A DNA stretch of 64,000 bases. Source: an uncultured Candidatus Saccharibacteria bacterium (GTDB taxonomy: Bacteria; Patescibacteriota; Minisyncoccia; UBA6257; 2-01-FULL-56-20). Below are positions 8,809 through 17,917 of this stretch, in pieces; within the stretch, counting starts at the first letter, position 1, and each line of letters starts with the position of its first letter. Position numbers and translations under genes: made by a program. The notes under the pieces are model-generated. The model was not told the origin of the DNA and did no database searches. It worked only from the letters and a program-made list of their open reading frames with translations. The stretch covers positions 8-64,007 of the forward strand of contig CAYHXC010000008.1 of the NCBI GenBank assembly GCA_964360585.1, given 5' to 3'.

Positions 8809-10197
8809 TTATCTGCAGAGTTTGTCCCGTTCAGTTGGGCCGAACGAAACCAGGCGAACGGGTATGCCCAGTTTCTGGCCAAGGATCCCCACACACAGAT
8901 CGTACAATATGTCACGATCGGCGGCAGGGGCGATATCAAAAGAGAATATCTCCGGCACGCAGTTTTGCAACTCGTGTCCAAGACATTCTTGAAAGGATAG
9001 TCGGGACAGATCCTCACCATGCCGCACACGCAATTCGCCGCTTGGCGTAAAATACGTAAAATCATCGGCACCTGAGTATCTGTCTGAGAGTGACCAGATT
9101 TTATTTTTCTGGATCTGATCAAACCAGGTTACGGCGAGACCGTCGAAGGCTTTAGTGCCGCCACACGCCTCGATGGCGTATCGCAACAACACCAGGTCGA
9201 GTGGACCCACTCGAGCTTTGCCTTGATAACGATTCTCTACCTTGTTGCTGCCCGGCAAGAGCTGCTCGCTCATGGCCGGATCAGCGGTTGGCATCGGTCC
9301 TGCTCCGTGGCGTATCTGATACGCCCGAGTGACGCCGATTTTTATCACCTCTCCACTGTATCCAGCTTCCTCGATCATCGCCCAAGTAAACTGAGGCAAC
9401 GTTCGAATGGCAGACACATGCGGATGAAAACCATAGTAGCGATCGGTGAGCACTCCGTGAGAACTCTCGACCACCACTACGCCATCACGATTAAGGATCT
9501 CTCGCCGGAGATAGTCTTGATCGACTATGTACACACGCTCCGCCGTTTCCCGAAAACGACTGACAACGTAATTCAGAAAACCATCATCTCCGAGGAGACT
9601 CAGTTCTTCCTGAACCACATCGCGGTCATCTTCTAGAAATGAACCCTCAATGATATGCACCAGATCACGACGAACGTATTCACGAATCGCCGCAATCTGA
9701 TCACGGAGGCAAGATCCCGAAAGATCTCGAGCGCGCACGGCGGTGTCAGGATAACGTTCGGCTTGCCGATACGCCTCGCCGACACCAGTACCAATCGTTC
9801 CGCGAGGATTATCCCCACGGGCCAGTTCTTTGATGCGAGAAGCGATGCCATGAAATGGCGTCGCACAGAGTGCATCTTCGTCGATAGTCAGAAGACCAAA
9901 GACTCCGTCGAGGCCACAGGCAAATTGCAACTGGGTCCCTTCGTTTAAGATACCTTCCGGCGTAACGACGAAGCGAGACGAAAGATGCGTCCTCGCTCCT
10001 TCGAAGGTGCCGCACCCCCACTGACTGAACGCGAAGCGATCGCCAGCTGAGGTTTGTACACCGTGACTTCCTTGAGCACCGCCAACTTTGATGATGGTGT
10101 GTGCTCGTCGCATCGAACTGATCTTGTGAATAATTCCACCCTTACCACCGTCACCAGGACCAAGGTCCGTGACGGTGTACAGCTTTTTTGTTGCCAT
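8809..10197 (-). CDS. adenylosuccinate synthetase (PurA) family homolog, divergent
   Basis: N-terminal GDGGKGG (PurA GDEGKGK P-loop) and VGGAQGSHG (PurA GGxNAGHT) blocks, plus PurA-like length; start set at MATKKLYTV. Confidence 0.6.
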   Translation of the reverse strand: MATKKLYTVTDLGPGDGGKGGIIHKISSMRRAHTIIKVGGAQGSHGVQTSAGDRFAFSQWGCGTFEGARTHLSSRFVVTPEGILNEGTQLQFACGLDGVFGLLTIDEDALCATPFHGIASRIKELARGDNPRGTIGTGVGEAYRQAERYPDTAVRARDLSGSCLRDQIAAIREYVRRDLVHIIEGSFLEDDRDVVQEELSLLGDDGFLNYVVSRFRETAERVYIVDQDYLRREILNRDGVVVVESSHGVLTDRYYGFHPHVSAIRTLPQFTWAMIEEAGYSGEVIKIGVTRAYQIRHGAGPMPTADPAMSEQLLPGSNKVENRYQGKARVGPLDLVLLRYAIEACGGTKAFDGLAVTWFDQIQKNKIWSLSDRYSGADDFTYFTPSGELRVRHGEDLSRLSFQECLGHELQNCVPEIFSFDIAPAADRDILYDLCVGILGQKLGIPVRLVSFGPTERDKLCR

Positions 10198-10233
10198 ACC
10201 ATCACGTCCTTGATCCTGGTTGAGGGTCAACCC

Positions 10234-11367
10234 TTAGAGCCAACCGCCGTCGGGCTTGGTAGCAGTAGATTTACCCTTCTTCTTCGACAAACCGCCAAGT
10301 TCGGCGGCTTCGTCCGCATTGACCGGCCAGAGGTCGGTTTTGGTGTGGAAGATGTCACCTTTCTTTGGCTGCCTGTTGAAGTTCGGTAACGCTTTCTGCG
10401 CCCCGAGTGGAATGCTCGAAACCGCACTTAGAATCATCGCCACCTCTCTCTCTGTCAGATTCTGATGACCCAGGAAATCCTTGGCCGATCGAAGATCCAA
10501 CGTTCCTTCCGTGAGACCGATGATCGTGGCCATCGCGTACGGAGCGTGCTGGACTCGAGACAGACGGATGAGTCGATCCTTTCCGTAGAGATCCCGCCAG
10601 AAAGCGGGAGCACCCGGATTGGGATCGACGATCAGGATGAAGATGTGCGCTTGCTTCGTCAGCTCACGCACGACGTCCCGTGTTTCGGGAAGGTCGCGCG
10701 GATCAATCTCGTAACCGTTCTCTTTGACCTTGTCGAACACCTCAGATCCGTAGATCTGCTTCAGAGCGGCCGCCTCCAGTCTTTCGCGTGCCGGCGCATC
10801 GGTGATCGTGAAGTCGTACGACTTCAGACCAATCAGCCGTTGGTAGGCGCGGGTCAAGTAGGCAGCCCCGAAAAGTCCGTAGTGCGGATCTTCGGGTATG
10901 TCGCCGCCTTGTCGGATCGGGTTCATCAGAGTCAGCTGATTGACCATCCGATCGGCCAGCACTTCGAACTGTCCACGACACATGATGAATTGGTCGTCGA
11001 CATCATTGAAGACACCCGCACAGTAGAACGGATCTCGTCCAGAAAGCACTTCGGCGACGGGCTCGCACAATGCCGGCAAAGCCGCCAAGGCCAAGTCCAC
11101 ATTGTCGCCCATCGACGATGTCGTATCGAGACGATACTCGATCGAAACTGGCGAACCGACAGCGACCTCGAAGAGGCCGTCCGATCGGTCGAGGAGACGA
11201 ATCCGCGAAGGACGGATGACCCCGTACTGAGCTGGATCAACCAGCGGGTCGAGCTTGCCGGTTTTCTTGACCGTTTGCTCCCCACGCACGGTTACTGCAG
11301 CTCCCCTGGTCGTCAGCTTTGACGTCGTTTCCTCGAATGTAGTTCTCGAAAAACCACCTTTGGCCAT
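10234..11367 (-). CDS. vWA-like domain protein (TerY-like)
   Basis: Putative MIDAS-like D-T-T-S-S-M after a hydrophobic strand; start at M3 with GAGGAG SD. Confidence 0.4.
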   Translation of the reverse strand: MAKGGFSRTTFEETTSKLTTRGAAVTVRGEQTVKKTGKLDPLVDPAQYGVIRPSRIRLLDRSDGLFEVAVGSPVSIEYRLDTTSSMGDNVDLALAALPALCEPVAEVLSGRDPFYCAGVFNDVDDQFIMCRGQFEVLADRMVNQLTLMNPIRQGGDIPEDPHYGLFGAAYLTRAYQRLIGLKSYDFTITDAPARERLEAAALKQIYGSEVFDKVKENGYEIDPRDLPETRDVVRELTKQAHIFILIVDPNPGAPAFWRDLYGKDRLIRLSRVQHAPYAMATIIGLTEGTLDLRSAKDFLGHQNLTEREVAMILSAVSSIPLGAQKALPNFNRQPKKGDIFHTKTDLWPVNADEAAELGGLSKKKGKSTATKPDGGWL

Positions 11368-11379
11368 GTGCATTCTCCT

Positions 11380-12198
11380 CTAAAGCGGTAGGGTGGTGAA
11401 AGGATAAAATCCCCTCTCCCACAGTTGATCAACGAGTTCGTAGAAGTCCCGATGGGCTTCCTGAGCACTACGATGACCGTTCTCTCGAAGGACCATCAGG
11501 TACTCACTGTACTGATCGAACTCTTTACTTCCGTCTCCCGGAATGCCTCCTTCATCTGTGCCGCCCAAAACTGCAAAAACAGTTTGGGCTGCGGCCTTCA
11601 CCTCCTCAGACGCATCGATCCGAGTCACACCGTCGGGGTGTCGCTGGGCGTTTCCCCAGTTGAACACCAAAACGCCATGCTGGCTTGGTTCGATGAGAAC
11701 GTTGCCTGGAGTGATCTGGTTAATGGTGATGTCTGCGCCATGTGCGAAAGCGACAATCTTCAGAAGTTTGCCTAGGATCCAAACGCTGGACCGAAGGTCA
11801 ACCCTCTGTTGGTCTCGGTGCACAACGTTGTGCAAGGGCACCATTCTCCGTGTGTCGTCGATGTTCCTGAAGGCAAGCACATTGGCCCGCCGCTCCCCCT
11901 GTTCGGTCAGCAAGAAGCTGTCGACTAGGGCAGGAAAACCGAGCTCATAGTGGAGTTTACTCTCCGGGTTGGTCTTGATCTTGGTATACATCTCTTCCAA
12001 CTCACCAGCTCGCGCCAAAAGTTGTTCGAGAAAATACGCTCCGCGATCAAGCATGCCATTCTGAGCAACATCCGTTGCCACTTGCAGTAACTGCCCTTGA
12101 CCGTCCCCCTCTGGCGAGCAAAGGTACAAACGGTACTCGGGTGTTTCTGCGACACGATCGCCAACATGGTACATACGTGAACCATTTCTAACGATCAT
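11380..12198 (-). CDS. protein kinase-like fold protein, divergent (possible pseudokinase)
   Basis: Catalytic-loop-like HGADITINQITPGNVLIEP (cf HRDLKPxNIL) and VHRD, but no clear DFG Asp; strong SD GGAGGTG. Confidence 0.35.
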   Translation of the reverse strand: MIVRNGSRMYHVGDRVAETPEYRLYLCSPEGDGQGQLLQVATDVAQNGMLDRGAYFLEQLLARAGELEEMYTKIKTNPESKLHYELGFPALVDSFLLTEQGERRANVLAFRNIDDTRRMVPLHNVVHRDQQRVDLRSSVWILGKLLKIVAFAHGADITINQITPGNVLIEPSQHGVLVFNWGNAQRHPDGVTRIDASEEVKAAAQTVFAVLGGTDEGGIPGDGSKEFDQYSEYLMVLRENGHRSAQEAHRDFYELVDQLWERGFYPFTTLPL

Positions 12199-12362
12199 AA
12201 CTCTCTCACCTCCTATCCTTTCTTGATACTTGGTTAACTGAACTAAAATAAGTTATCAAAGGGCACCTCCGGTCGAAAATCCCATAAATACAGGATTCCG
12301 GCGGATGTTGCATTTAAGTATAAATTGTTCCTTTTGTCAATATTTTCTGCCATCAAGATTTC

Positions 12363-12596
12363 TTGAATCATTGTAGTTTGGTGAGCAGTTCATCGGAACA
12401 AATCCTACTGAACCGAGGCGCCGCGGCACGAGCAGTATGGGAAGACATGACGCCCCTCGCCCGCAACGAATGGATCTGTTGGATTATTTCCGGTAAAAAA
12501 ATGGAAACGAGAGGTATCCGTATCGAGAAAGCGCTCTCTAAACTGAAAGGCGGCATGCGCCGGCCTTGTTGCTGGGTCGGCTGTGGACATCGTTAA
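12363..12596 (+). pseudogene. YdeI/OmdA-like paralog, copy 2, N-terminally diverged or truncated
   Basis: Shares the C-terminal 60 aa and a ~107-bp near-identical nucleotide block with copy 1; lacks the HKVPxDLRKAL N-terminus and only a TTG/GTG start is available. Confidence 0.4.
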
Positions 12597-12696
12597 CAGG
12601 TAGACACCACCATATTTTCACAAGTAATTGCCGGAACAATACTTGACCTTTCTTATTTTTTACGTTATTTAAATCTTAGACTAAAGGAGAAGTCTT

Positions 12697-13053
12697 TTGA
12701 GAACATTAACAAAAAGTACACCGACCACAGCGACTCCATGGACCAAAGCAATCCGGCAAACCCGAGATCATGACAACCGTCTGTCTCTTATCCAAGAGAT
12801 GCCCATCGTGGCGTGGTTTTCGAAAATAAGAGGCCGGATACATCGATTGATCAAAGTAAGAGCGCGACTCGGAGACAATGCGTGGATTATCGTCGATGCG
12901 CAAGGGTTCTTTGGAACGTTGTCGCCTACCACCCTGGATGCCTGTCTGCGCACTCTTACCGCTGAAAATGGGTGGGTACTCTGCGAGTTCACAAGCGAGG
13001 CTGACTTTTACAGGACTGCACTCGCTTATCTTGAAGAGGCACGCACAGATTGA
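12697..13053 (+). CDS. hypothetical protein (118 aa)
   Basis: TTG start 6 nt after AAGGAG; terminator follows. Confidence 0.35.
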   Translation: MRTLTKSTPTTATPWTKAIRQTRDHDNRLSLIQEMPIVAWFSKIRGRIHRLIKVRARLGDNAWIIVDAQGFFGTLSPTTLDACLRTLTAENGWVLCEFTSEADFYRTALAYLEEARTD

Positions 13054-13065
13054 CTTCAATTATAC

Positions 13066-13104
13066 CGTCTCACCTTTACAGGTGCGGCGGTTTTTTATTT
13101 TTTG
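13066..13104 (+). terminator. rho-independent terminator
   Basis: Hairpin CACCTttacAGGTG followed by cggcgg and a T-run. Confidence 0.5.
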
Positions 13105-13204
13105 TCCCAAGAAAAAGCCGCTGGAGCCGCATATGTTGACACTCAGCTATTTATAGTGCATTTTCTAGGCAGCAGATATAGGAATCCTTGAGAGGAGGGT
13201 TGTT

Positions 13205-13759
13205 ATGCCCATCTACTTGCCGAAACAGATTGAGCCGCTCACGCCGACGGTTGATTCCCCACTATTTTTTCTGGCCGGACCGATTCGTGGAGGCGGCGAC
13301 TGGCAGTCTCACATGGCTGTCTGTATCCTCGATCGAGAACCATCGGCACTCATTGCTTGCCCGTCACGATGGGGTAGCAATCATCGGCTGGCGCATCACT
13401 TCTATCGGCCATACTCACAAGCAAACAACCGACAGCTCGTGTGGGAACGCCACTACCTCAAGCAGGCTGGGCTTGAACCGAATGTGCCAGGCTGTATTAT
13501 CTTCTGGCTCGGCCTTGAAAGCACGCGGGATCCTCATCCGGGTCCTCAACCATATGCGATGGACACCCGACGCGAACTGGGGAAATTCACTGCCTTCGCG
13601 GAAATGATGAACGTTCGCATGGTGGTCGGCGGCAACCGCGGCTTCCATGGACTCGGAGTCATCCTCTTCGAACTGAGCGAGGCCATCGGAAAAACCTTTC
13701 CGTTCCACGAAACAATGGAAGATGTCGTTACTCATGCAGTGGCAACTGCCCAACGGTAG
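13205..13759 (+). CDS. nucleoside 2-deoxyribosyltransferase-like (NDT/Rcl-like) protein
   Basis: N-terminal FFLAGPIRGGGDW resembles the NDT-family YLAGP glycine-rich motif; strong SD gagaggaggg. Confidence 0.5.
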   Translation: MPIYLPKQIEPLTPTVDSPLFFLAGPIRGGGDWQSHMAVCILDREPSALIACPSRWGSNHRLAHHFYRPYSQANNRQLVWERHYLKQAGLEPNVPGCIIFWLGLESTRDPHPGPQPYAMDTRRELGKFTAFAEMMNVRMVVGGNRGFHGLGVILFELSEAIGKTFPFHETMEDVVTHAVATAQR

Positions 13760-13765
13760 ACGAAC

Positions 13766-13802
13766 ACCCGCCCCTCTTCAATGATCGGGCGGTTTTTATT
13801 TC
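13766..13802 (+). terminator. rho-independent terminator
   Basis: CCCGCCCctcttcaatgatcGGGCGG + TTTTTATTT. Confidence 0.6.
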
Positions 13803-13888
13803 TTCAAAAAAGTCTCGCGCCGAGAGTAGAACCGAATCCCCTGTTTGTTTTGTAGTATTTAGAATCCTAATTAATGTAAAATAAAAGT

Positions 13889-14131
13889 ATGGTCAGAAAA
13901 GGAATAGTACATAAAGTGCCGGCGGACTTACGCAAAGCTCTGATTGCAACACCCGCGGCGCGAGCAGTATGGGAGGATATTACGCCTTTAGCGCGCAACG
14001 AATGGATCTGCTGGGTCATATCTGGCAAAAAAGCGGAAACGAGAATTATCCGTATCAAAAAGGCACTCTCAAAACTAAAAGGCGGCATGCGCCGACCGTG
14101 CTGCTGGGCCGGTTGCGGTCATAGAAAATAA
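13889..14131 (+). CDS. YdeI/OmdA-like small protein, copy 3
   Basis: 80 aa with the same signature as copy 1; more diverged at nucleotide level. Confidence 0.6.
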   Translation: MVRKGIVHKVPADLRKALIATPAARAVWEDITPLARNEWICWVISGKKAETRIIRIKKALSKLKGGMRRPCCWAGCGHRK

Positions 14132-14275
14132 AGCGAAGGAGGGCGGAAAAGAAATATTAAAATGAATTCATCCGAAATTCATTTGCGATTGCGTAAATTT
14201 TTTATGTTGGAGTACGCACATCGACACAACGTTCTTTGACATACTTGAATAAGCTCCATCTCTCCTCTCCCTTCT

Positions 14276-14310
14276 CTCCACCACAACCGCGCTCCACTTC
14301 CGAGCGCGGC
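14276..14310 (+). terminator. rho-independent terminator
   Basis: CCGCGCTCcacttccGAGCGCGG + CTTTTATTTT. Confidence 0.5.
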
Positions 14311-14474
14311 TTTTATTTTGTGATAAAAAAAATAATAAAAATGAAGAAATATTTTTCTTACTTCTTGGGCGGCATAGCAATCCTAGCACTGTCTCACGCT
14401 ATTGAGCCATTACGGCTGGTTGACAAAAGAAGGAATTGTGTTTAATTTGTGGTCAGAACATAAAGGAGAAGTAT

Positions 14475-15020
14475 ATGCGTCATGCGCTGGTCGAATCATA
14501 TGTCCGACAGCTCCGCTCATCGCTTCAGGCGACAGCAGTGCCAGTCGAGGAAGATATGTTGCGATCTTTGTATGACCGTCGGAGTTATGGCGGTCTGGTT
14601 GGTGTGATCAAAAAAATCATGCACCTGGAATTGCGAATCCGCCTGGGTCTCGTAAATAATGGAGGACCTAATGCGCCGGCCTGGGTTCAATGCCCGGACC
14701 CGATGCCTCTCTATGGAAGCTCGGAATTTTGCAAGATAGAGGTACCGCTCTATCTGAGGAAAAGCTTCTTGAGAGAAGTTGAGTTCGAGCAGGTGGTGTG
14801 CGCGATCGCTCACGAACTCGCCCATGTGGTGTTACATAGCCTGCGCCATCCTCTCAGAACCGAGGAAGAGGCGGTGGATCTCACGGCGATGCTCCTGGGA
14901 TTTCGGGACTTCTATATGACCGGGTGCGTTCAATCGTTCAGAGGCCATGTCGTGTACCAGCAGGGATATCTCTCAGAAAAAGAGATTTGTTACGCTGCGC
15001 ACTACATGACATTTAGATAA
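14475..15020 (+). CDS. putative HExxH zinc metallopeptidase-like protein
   Basis: AIAHELAHVV motif; start at ATG after AAAGGAGAAG. Confidence 0.45.
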   Translation: MRHALVESYVRQLRSSLQATAVPVEEDMLRSLYDRRSYGGLVGVIKKIMHLELRIRLGLVNNGGPNAPAWVQCPDPMPLYGSSEFCKIEVPLYLRKSFLREVEFEQVVCAIAHELAHVVLHSLRHPLRTEEEAVDLTAMLLGFRDFYMTGCVQSFRGHVVYQQGYLSEKEICYAAHYMTFR

Positions 15021-15024
15021 TTTA

Positions 15025-15056
15025 AGTCGCTACTCGTAGCGGCTTTTTATTTTCTC
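15025..15056. terminator. bidirectional terminator
   Basis: AGTCGCTACtcgTAGCGGCT + TTTTATTTT between convergent genes. Confidence 0.55.
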
Positions 15057-15826
15057 TTAAAGCGACTTCGGTAAATAATAGAAACAAGCGCAAAGCTTAA
15101 GATGAGCAGGAGAAACCACGAGCCAACCTTACCAAGTGAAACCAGGCGCCAGGAATCCAGCTGGCTGGGGTAAATCCAGATGCGGGTAAAGGTGCCGATA
15201 TTTTCCGCAATCCAAACAAAGAGCGCAGTCAAAAATGCGGCTAAGAGAAATGGCATGTTCCGAACTTTACGGTAGACTTGGAAGTGGATTTTGGTTTTGA
15301 AAAATATCAGAAGTACGTACGCAAATAAAAAGTAGCGGATATCGAAGAAAAAGTGATGCGCGAAGAAGTTAACATAAATGAGAATTGCGAGTACCCAAAG
15401 ATGGAGGTAGGCGGGAAAATTTTCATATGAGAGTTTGAGGAAGATAAAAGCCCGCGAGATGTAGCTTCCGACGGCGGAGTACAGAAACCCGGTAAACAGT
15501 GGCACCGTACCGAGAGCAAATATCGCCGTCGCGAGACCCGGATAGCTCCAGGAGCCGATGGCCGGATTAGTTTTGAATAATTCCATGATTGTGGCTAGGA
15601 TATGGAAAATGATAATGACCGCAAACTCTTTGAGTTGTTCGAAGCGAAATAAGAGCGCGCATATCTGGAATCCGATCGCCGCAAGAAAAATAAAGTCATA
15701 TCGGCTGATTAACGGAACAGTGACAACCTCGGTCAAAAGAAATATAGAAAGCAAAAATACGCCAAAATAACTGGCCCGCAGATTGGCAAGAAAGAAATGC
15801 CATAACTCGATAAGGAAAGTCCGCAT
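15047..15826 (-). CDS. polytopic integral membrane protein
   Basis: 259 aa, multiple hydrophobic helices. Confidence 0.6.
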   Translation of the reverse strand: MRTFLIELWHFFLANLRASYFGVFLLSIFLLTEVVTVPLISRYDFIFLAAIGFQICALLFRFEQLKEFAVIIIFHILATIMELFKTNPAIGSWSYPGLATAIFALGTVPLFTGFLYSAVGSYISRAFIFLKLSYENFPAYLHLWVLAILIYVNFFAHHFFFDIRYFLFAYVLLIFFKTKIHFQVYRKVRNMPFLLAAFLTALFVWIAENIGTFTRIWIYPSQLDSWRLVSLGKVGSWFLLLILSFALVSIIYRSRFKRK

Positions 15827-15976
15827 ACTTATATAGTATGCATCATAAGTACCATTTCTTCTTCAATTCGGACAGAGATCTCCTGCGGGCAATGATTAAT
15901 CAAAACTGAAGTTTTTAGTTATATCATGGTAATATATTAGAAAGGGTCATAAAGGTCGCAATTTCTTATTGAAACA

Positions 15977-16165
15977 ATGAAAATCTTTAAATCCTGGACA
16001 TTCGCATGGTGGGAAGTCAGTCTTATCAAACTCTGCCTCATGTCCCTTGGCATCCTCCTTGGCCTTTATTTCTACGACTATCTCATAGATCTCCTTTCGC
16101 TCTGGTGGGCAGTGTTTGTTGTGACGGCTCTCTATTTTATTATAAGATTCTTCCGTGAAGGATAA
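15977..16165 (+). CDS. small membrane protein
   Basis: 62 aa, two hydrophobic helices, immediately upstream of the SPFH gene. Confidence 0.4.
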   Translation: MKIFKSWTFAWWEVSLIKLCLMSLGILLGLYFYDYLIDLLSLWWAVFVVTALYFIIRFFREG

Positions 16166-16214
16166 GGAGGAGGATTAATAGACAACGTTTTCTGAAAACA
16201 CTATAATTTACGCT

Positions 16215-16994
16215 ATGGAACTTTATTACATTGCGGGAGGATTTGTAATTTTTATTATCCTTATTAGCACCAAACAGGTAAACCAGTTTGAACGCGGTAT
16301 CAAATTTACCATGGGCAGATTCACTAAGATTATGGAACCGGGCTGGCGACTCGTCTTCCCGATTTTCCAGTCCTATCAGAAAGTGGACATGCGCATAAAA
16401 GCGGTGGATGTTCCCGACCAGAATGCAATTACCAAAGACAATGTTTCCGTAGCCGTAAATGCCGTCATCTACTATCGCGTCTCATCGGCCGAGAAAGCCA
16501 TCTTGGAAGTAGAGAATTTTTTCTACGCCATCTCGCAGTACGCCCAAACCACCATGCGCAACATTGTTGGTGAAGTGACGCTTGATGAGCTCCTGAGCAG
16601 TCGCGAGTCTATCGCCAATCGCATCAAGGAAATTGTCGACCAGGAAACCGATGCCTGGGGACTCAAGGTGAATAACGTGGAACTGAAGGATATCAAACTG
16701 CCTGAGACGATGGAACGAACCATTGCTAAACAGGCTGAAGCCGAACGCGAAAAGCGCGCCGTAATTATCACTTCCGAAGGAGAGTTGGCTGCTTCCCAGA
16801 ATATCGCCCAAGCGGCTGCGACACTCGCTGGCTCAGAGGGCGCTCTCCATTTACGCACGCTTCAGTCCATCAACGATGTCTCTTCCGATCAGTCAAATAC
16901 GATTGTCTTCACCGTTCCCTTAGAAATTCTTCAGGCCTTCACCGGCTACGTGAAAAAGCACAAGAGCGATCTACACGAACATGAGTCCGTATAG
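16215..16994 (+). CDS. SPFH/band-7 (stomatin/prohibitin-like) protein
   Basis: N-terminal TM helix then a band-7-like core, followed by a Glu/Ala-rich region (AKQAEAEREKRA). Confidence 0.8.
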   Translation: MELYYIAGGFVIFIILISTKQVNQFERGIKFTMGRFTKIMEPGWRLVFPIFQSYQKVDMRIKAVDVPDQNAITKDNVSVAVNAVIYYRVSSAEKAILEVENFFYAISQYAQTTMRNIVGEVTLDELLSSRESIANRIKEIVDQETDAWGLKVNNVELKDIKLPETMERTIAKQAEAEREKRAVIITSEGELAASQNIAQAAATLAGSEGALHLRTLQSINDVSSDQSNTIVFTVPLEILQAFTGYVKKHKSDLHEHESV

Positions 16995-17060
16995 TTACTC
17001 GCAGTAATTTTTAAGTTTGCTATACTAGAGATAGCCCACCATCTCGGAAGGAGGAATGTC

Positions 17061-17456
17061 ATGCGACATGCGCGTTGGCTCTTGATTTTAGGACTGTTCG
17101 TTCCAATCCTTGCGCTCGCGTCGCGAGTACAAGGAGGACAAAGCATCTGCGAGTATCTGGAACGAGTACCCGACATGAGTCCGTTCTGTGATTACACTGT
17201 GGAACTGGCCGAGCCTCTTGATCCCACTTCCACCTGTCGCGAGCTTCAGTGTGATCCTGCGACGAAACGTTGCCTGGTCTACTCGAGCTGCACACATGAC
17301 ACAGCAACGGAATGTTTCAGTGTCATCGTCGACGGACTCGAGGGAGCTTGCACGGCCGATGGACATCCGATCATCGAAGTGGCCAGTTGCCCGAATTCGA
17401 GTATCGTCGGCATGTTTCCCAAGATGGTGAATCCCCACGCCGTCTGCGCCCGCTAA
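17061..17456 (+). CDS. secreted cysteine-rich protein
   Basis: Signal peptide, ~12 Cys. Confidence 0.5.
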   Translation: MRHARWLLILGLFVPILALASRVQGGQSICEYLERVPDMSPFCDYTVELAEPLDPTSTCRELQCDPATKRCLVYSSCTHDTATECFSVIVDGLEGACTADGHPIIEVASCPNSSIVGMFPKMVNPHAVCAR

Positions 17457-17479
17457 CTTCCCGCCTCTGGCTCGCCAGT

Positions 17480-17531
17480 CGCCCGCCCGCCATCGCTATG
17501 CTCCGGCATTGCAGGCAGGCGGTTTTTTATT
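17480..17531 (+). terminator. putative terminator
   Basis: Imperfect stem CCGCCCGCC...GGCAGGCGG + TTTTTTATTT. Confidence 0.4.
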
Positions 17532-17593
17532 TACAAGGAGAAATAGGTTTGAGCTAACGTTTATATATCCGCCTCTTATGGTAGAATATCGTC

Positions 17594-17893
17594 ATGATTA
17601 AAAATCCATTGCTCAGCGCCCTTGCGGCCTCCGTTTATATTATTCTGGTTGTCACAATGGTTAGTTTTCTCTTCGGAGAAAAAGATCCGGATTCTCCGTT
17701 CACCCCTGTAGCCATGCTTTCTCTTTTTACACTCTCAGCGGCGGTCATGGGTTATCTTTTTATTCTTCAGCCTGCCGAACTCTACTTGAGCGGCAAGAAA
17801 AAAGAAGGGGTAACGCTCTTCCTCCAGACTGTCGCTAGCTTTGCTGTCATCACTATTGTTTTCTTCGTCGCCCTTTCTTTAGGAATTCTCTAA
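17594..17893 (+). CDS. small membrane protein (99 aa)
   Basis: Three hydrophobic segments. Confidence 0.45.
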   Translation: MIKNPLLSALAASVYIILVVTMVSFLFGEKDPDSPFTPVAMLSLFTLSAAVMGYLFILQPAELYLSGKKKEGVTLFLQTVASFAVITIVFFVALSLGIL

Positions 17894-17917
17894 GTTGAAA
17901 TATCGAGTCAATACAAT

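Noticed and set aside
7611-9122. 503-aa long form of the minus-strand ORF
   Set aside because: First 108 codons overlap the 3' end of the PurA-like gene in another frame; an internal ATG with AAGGAGAA SD gives a non-overlapping 396-aa gene.
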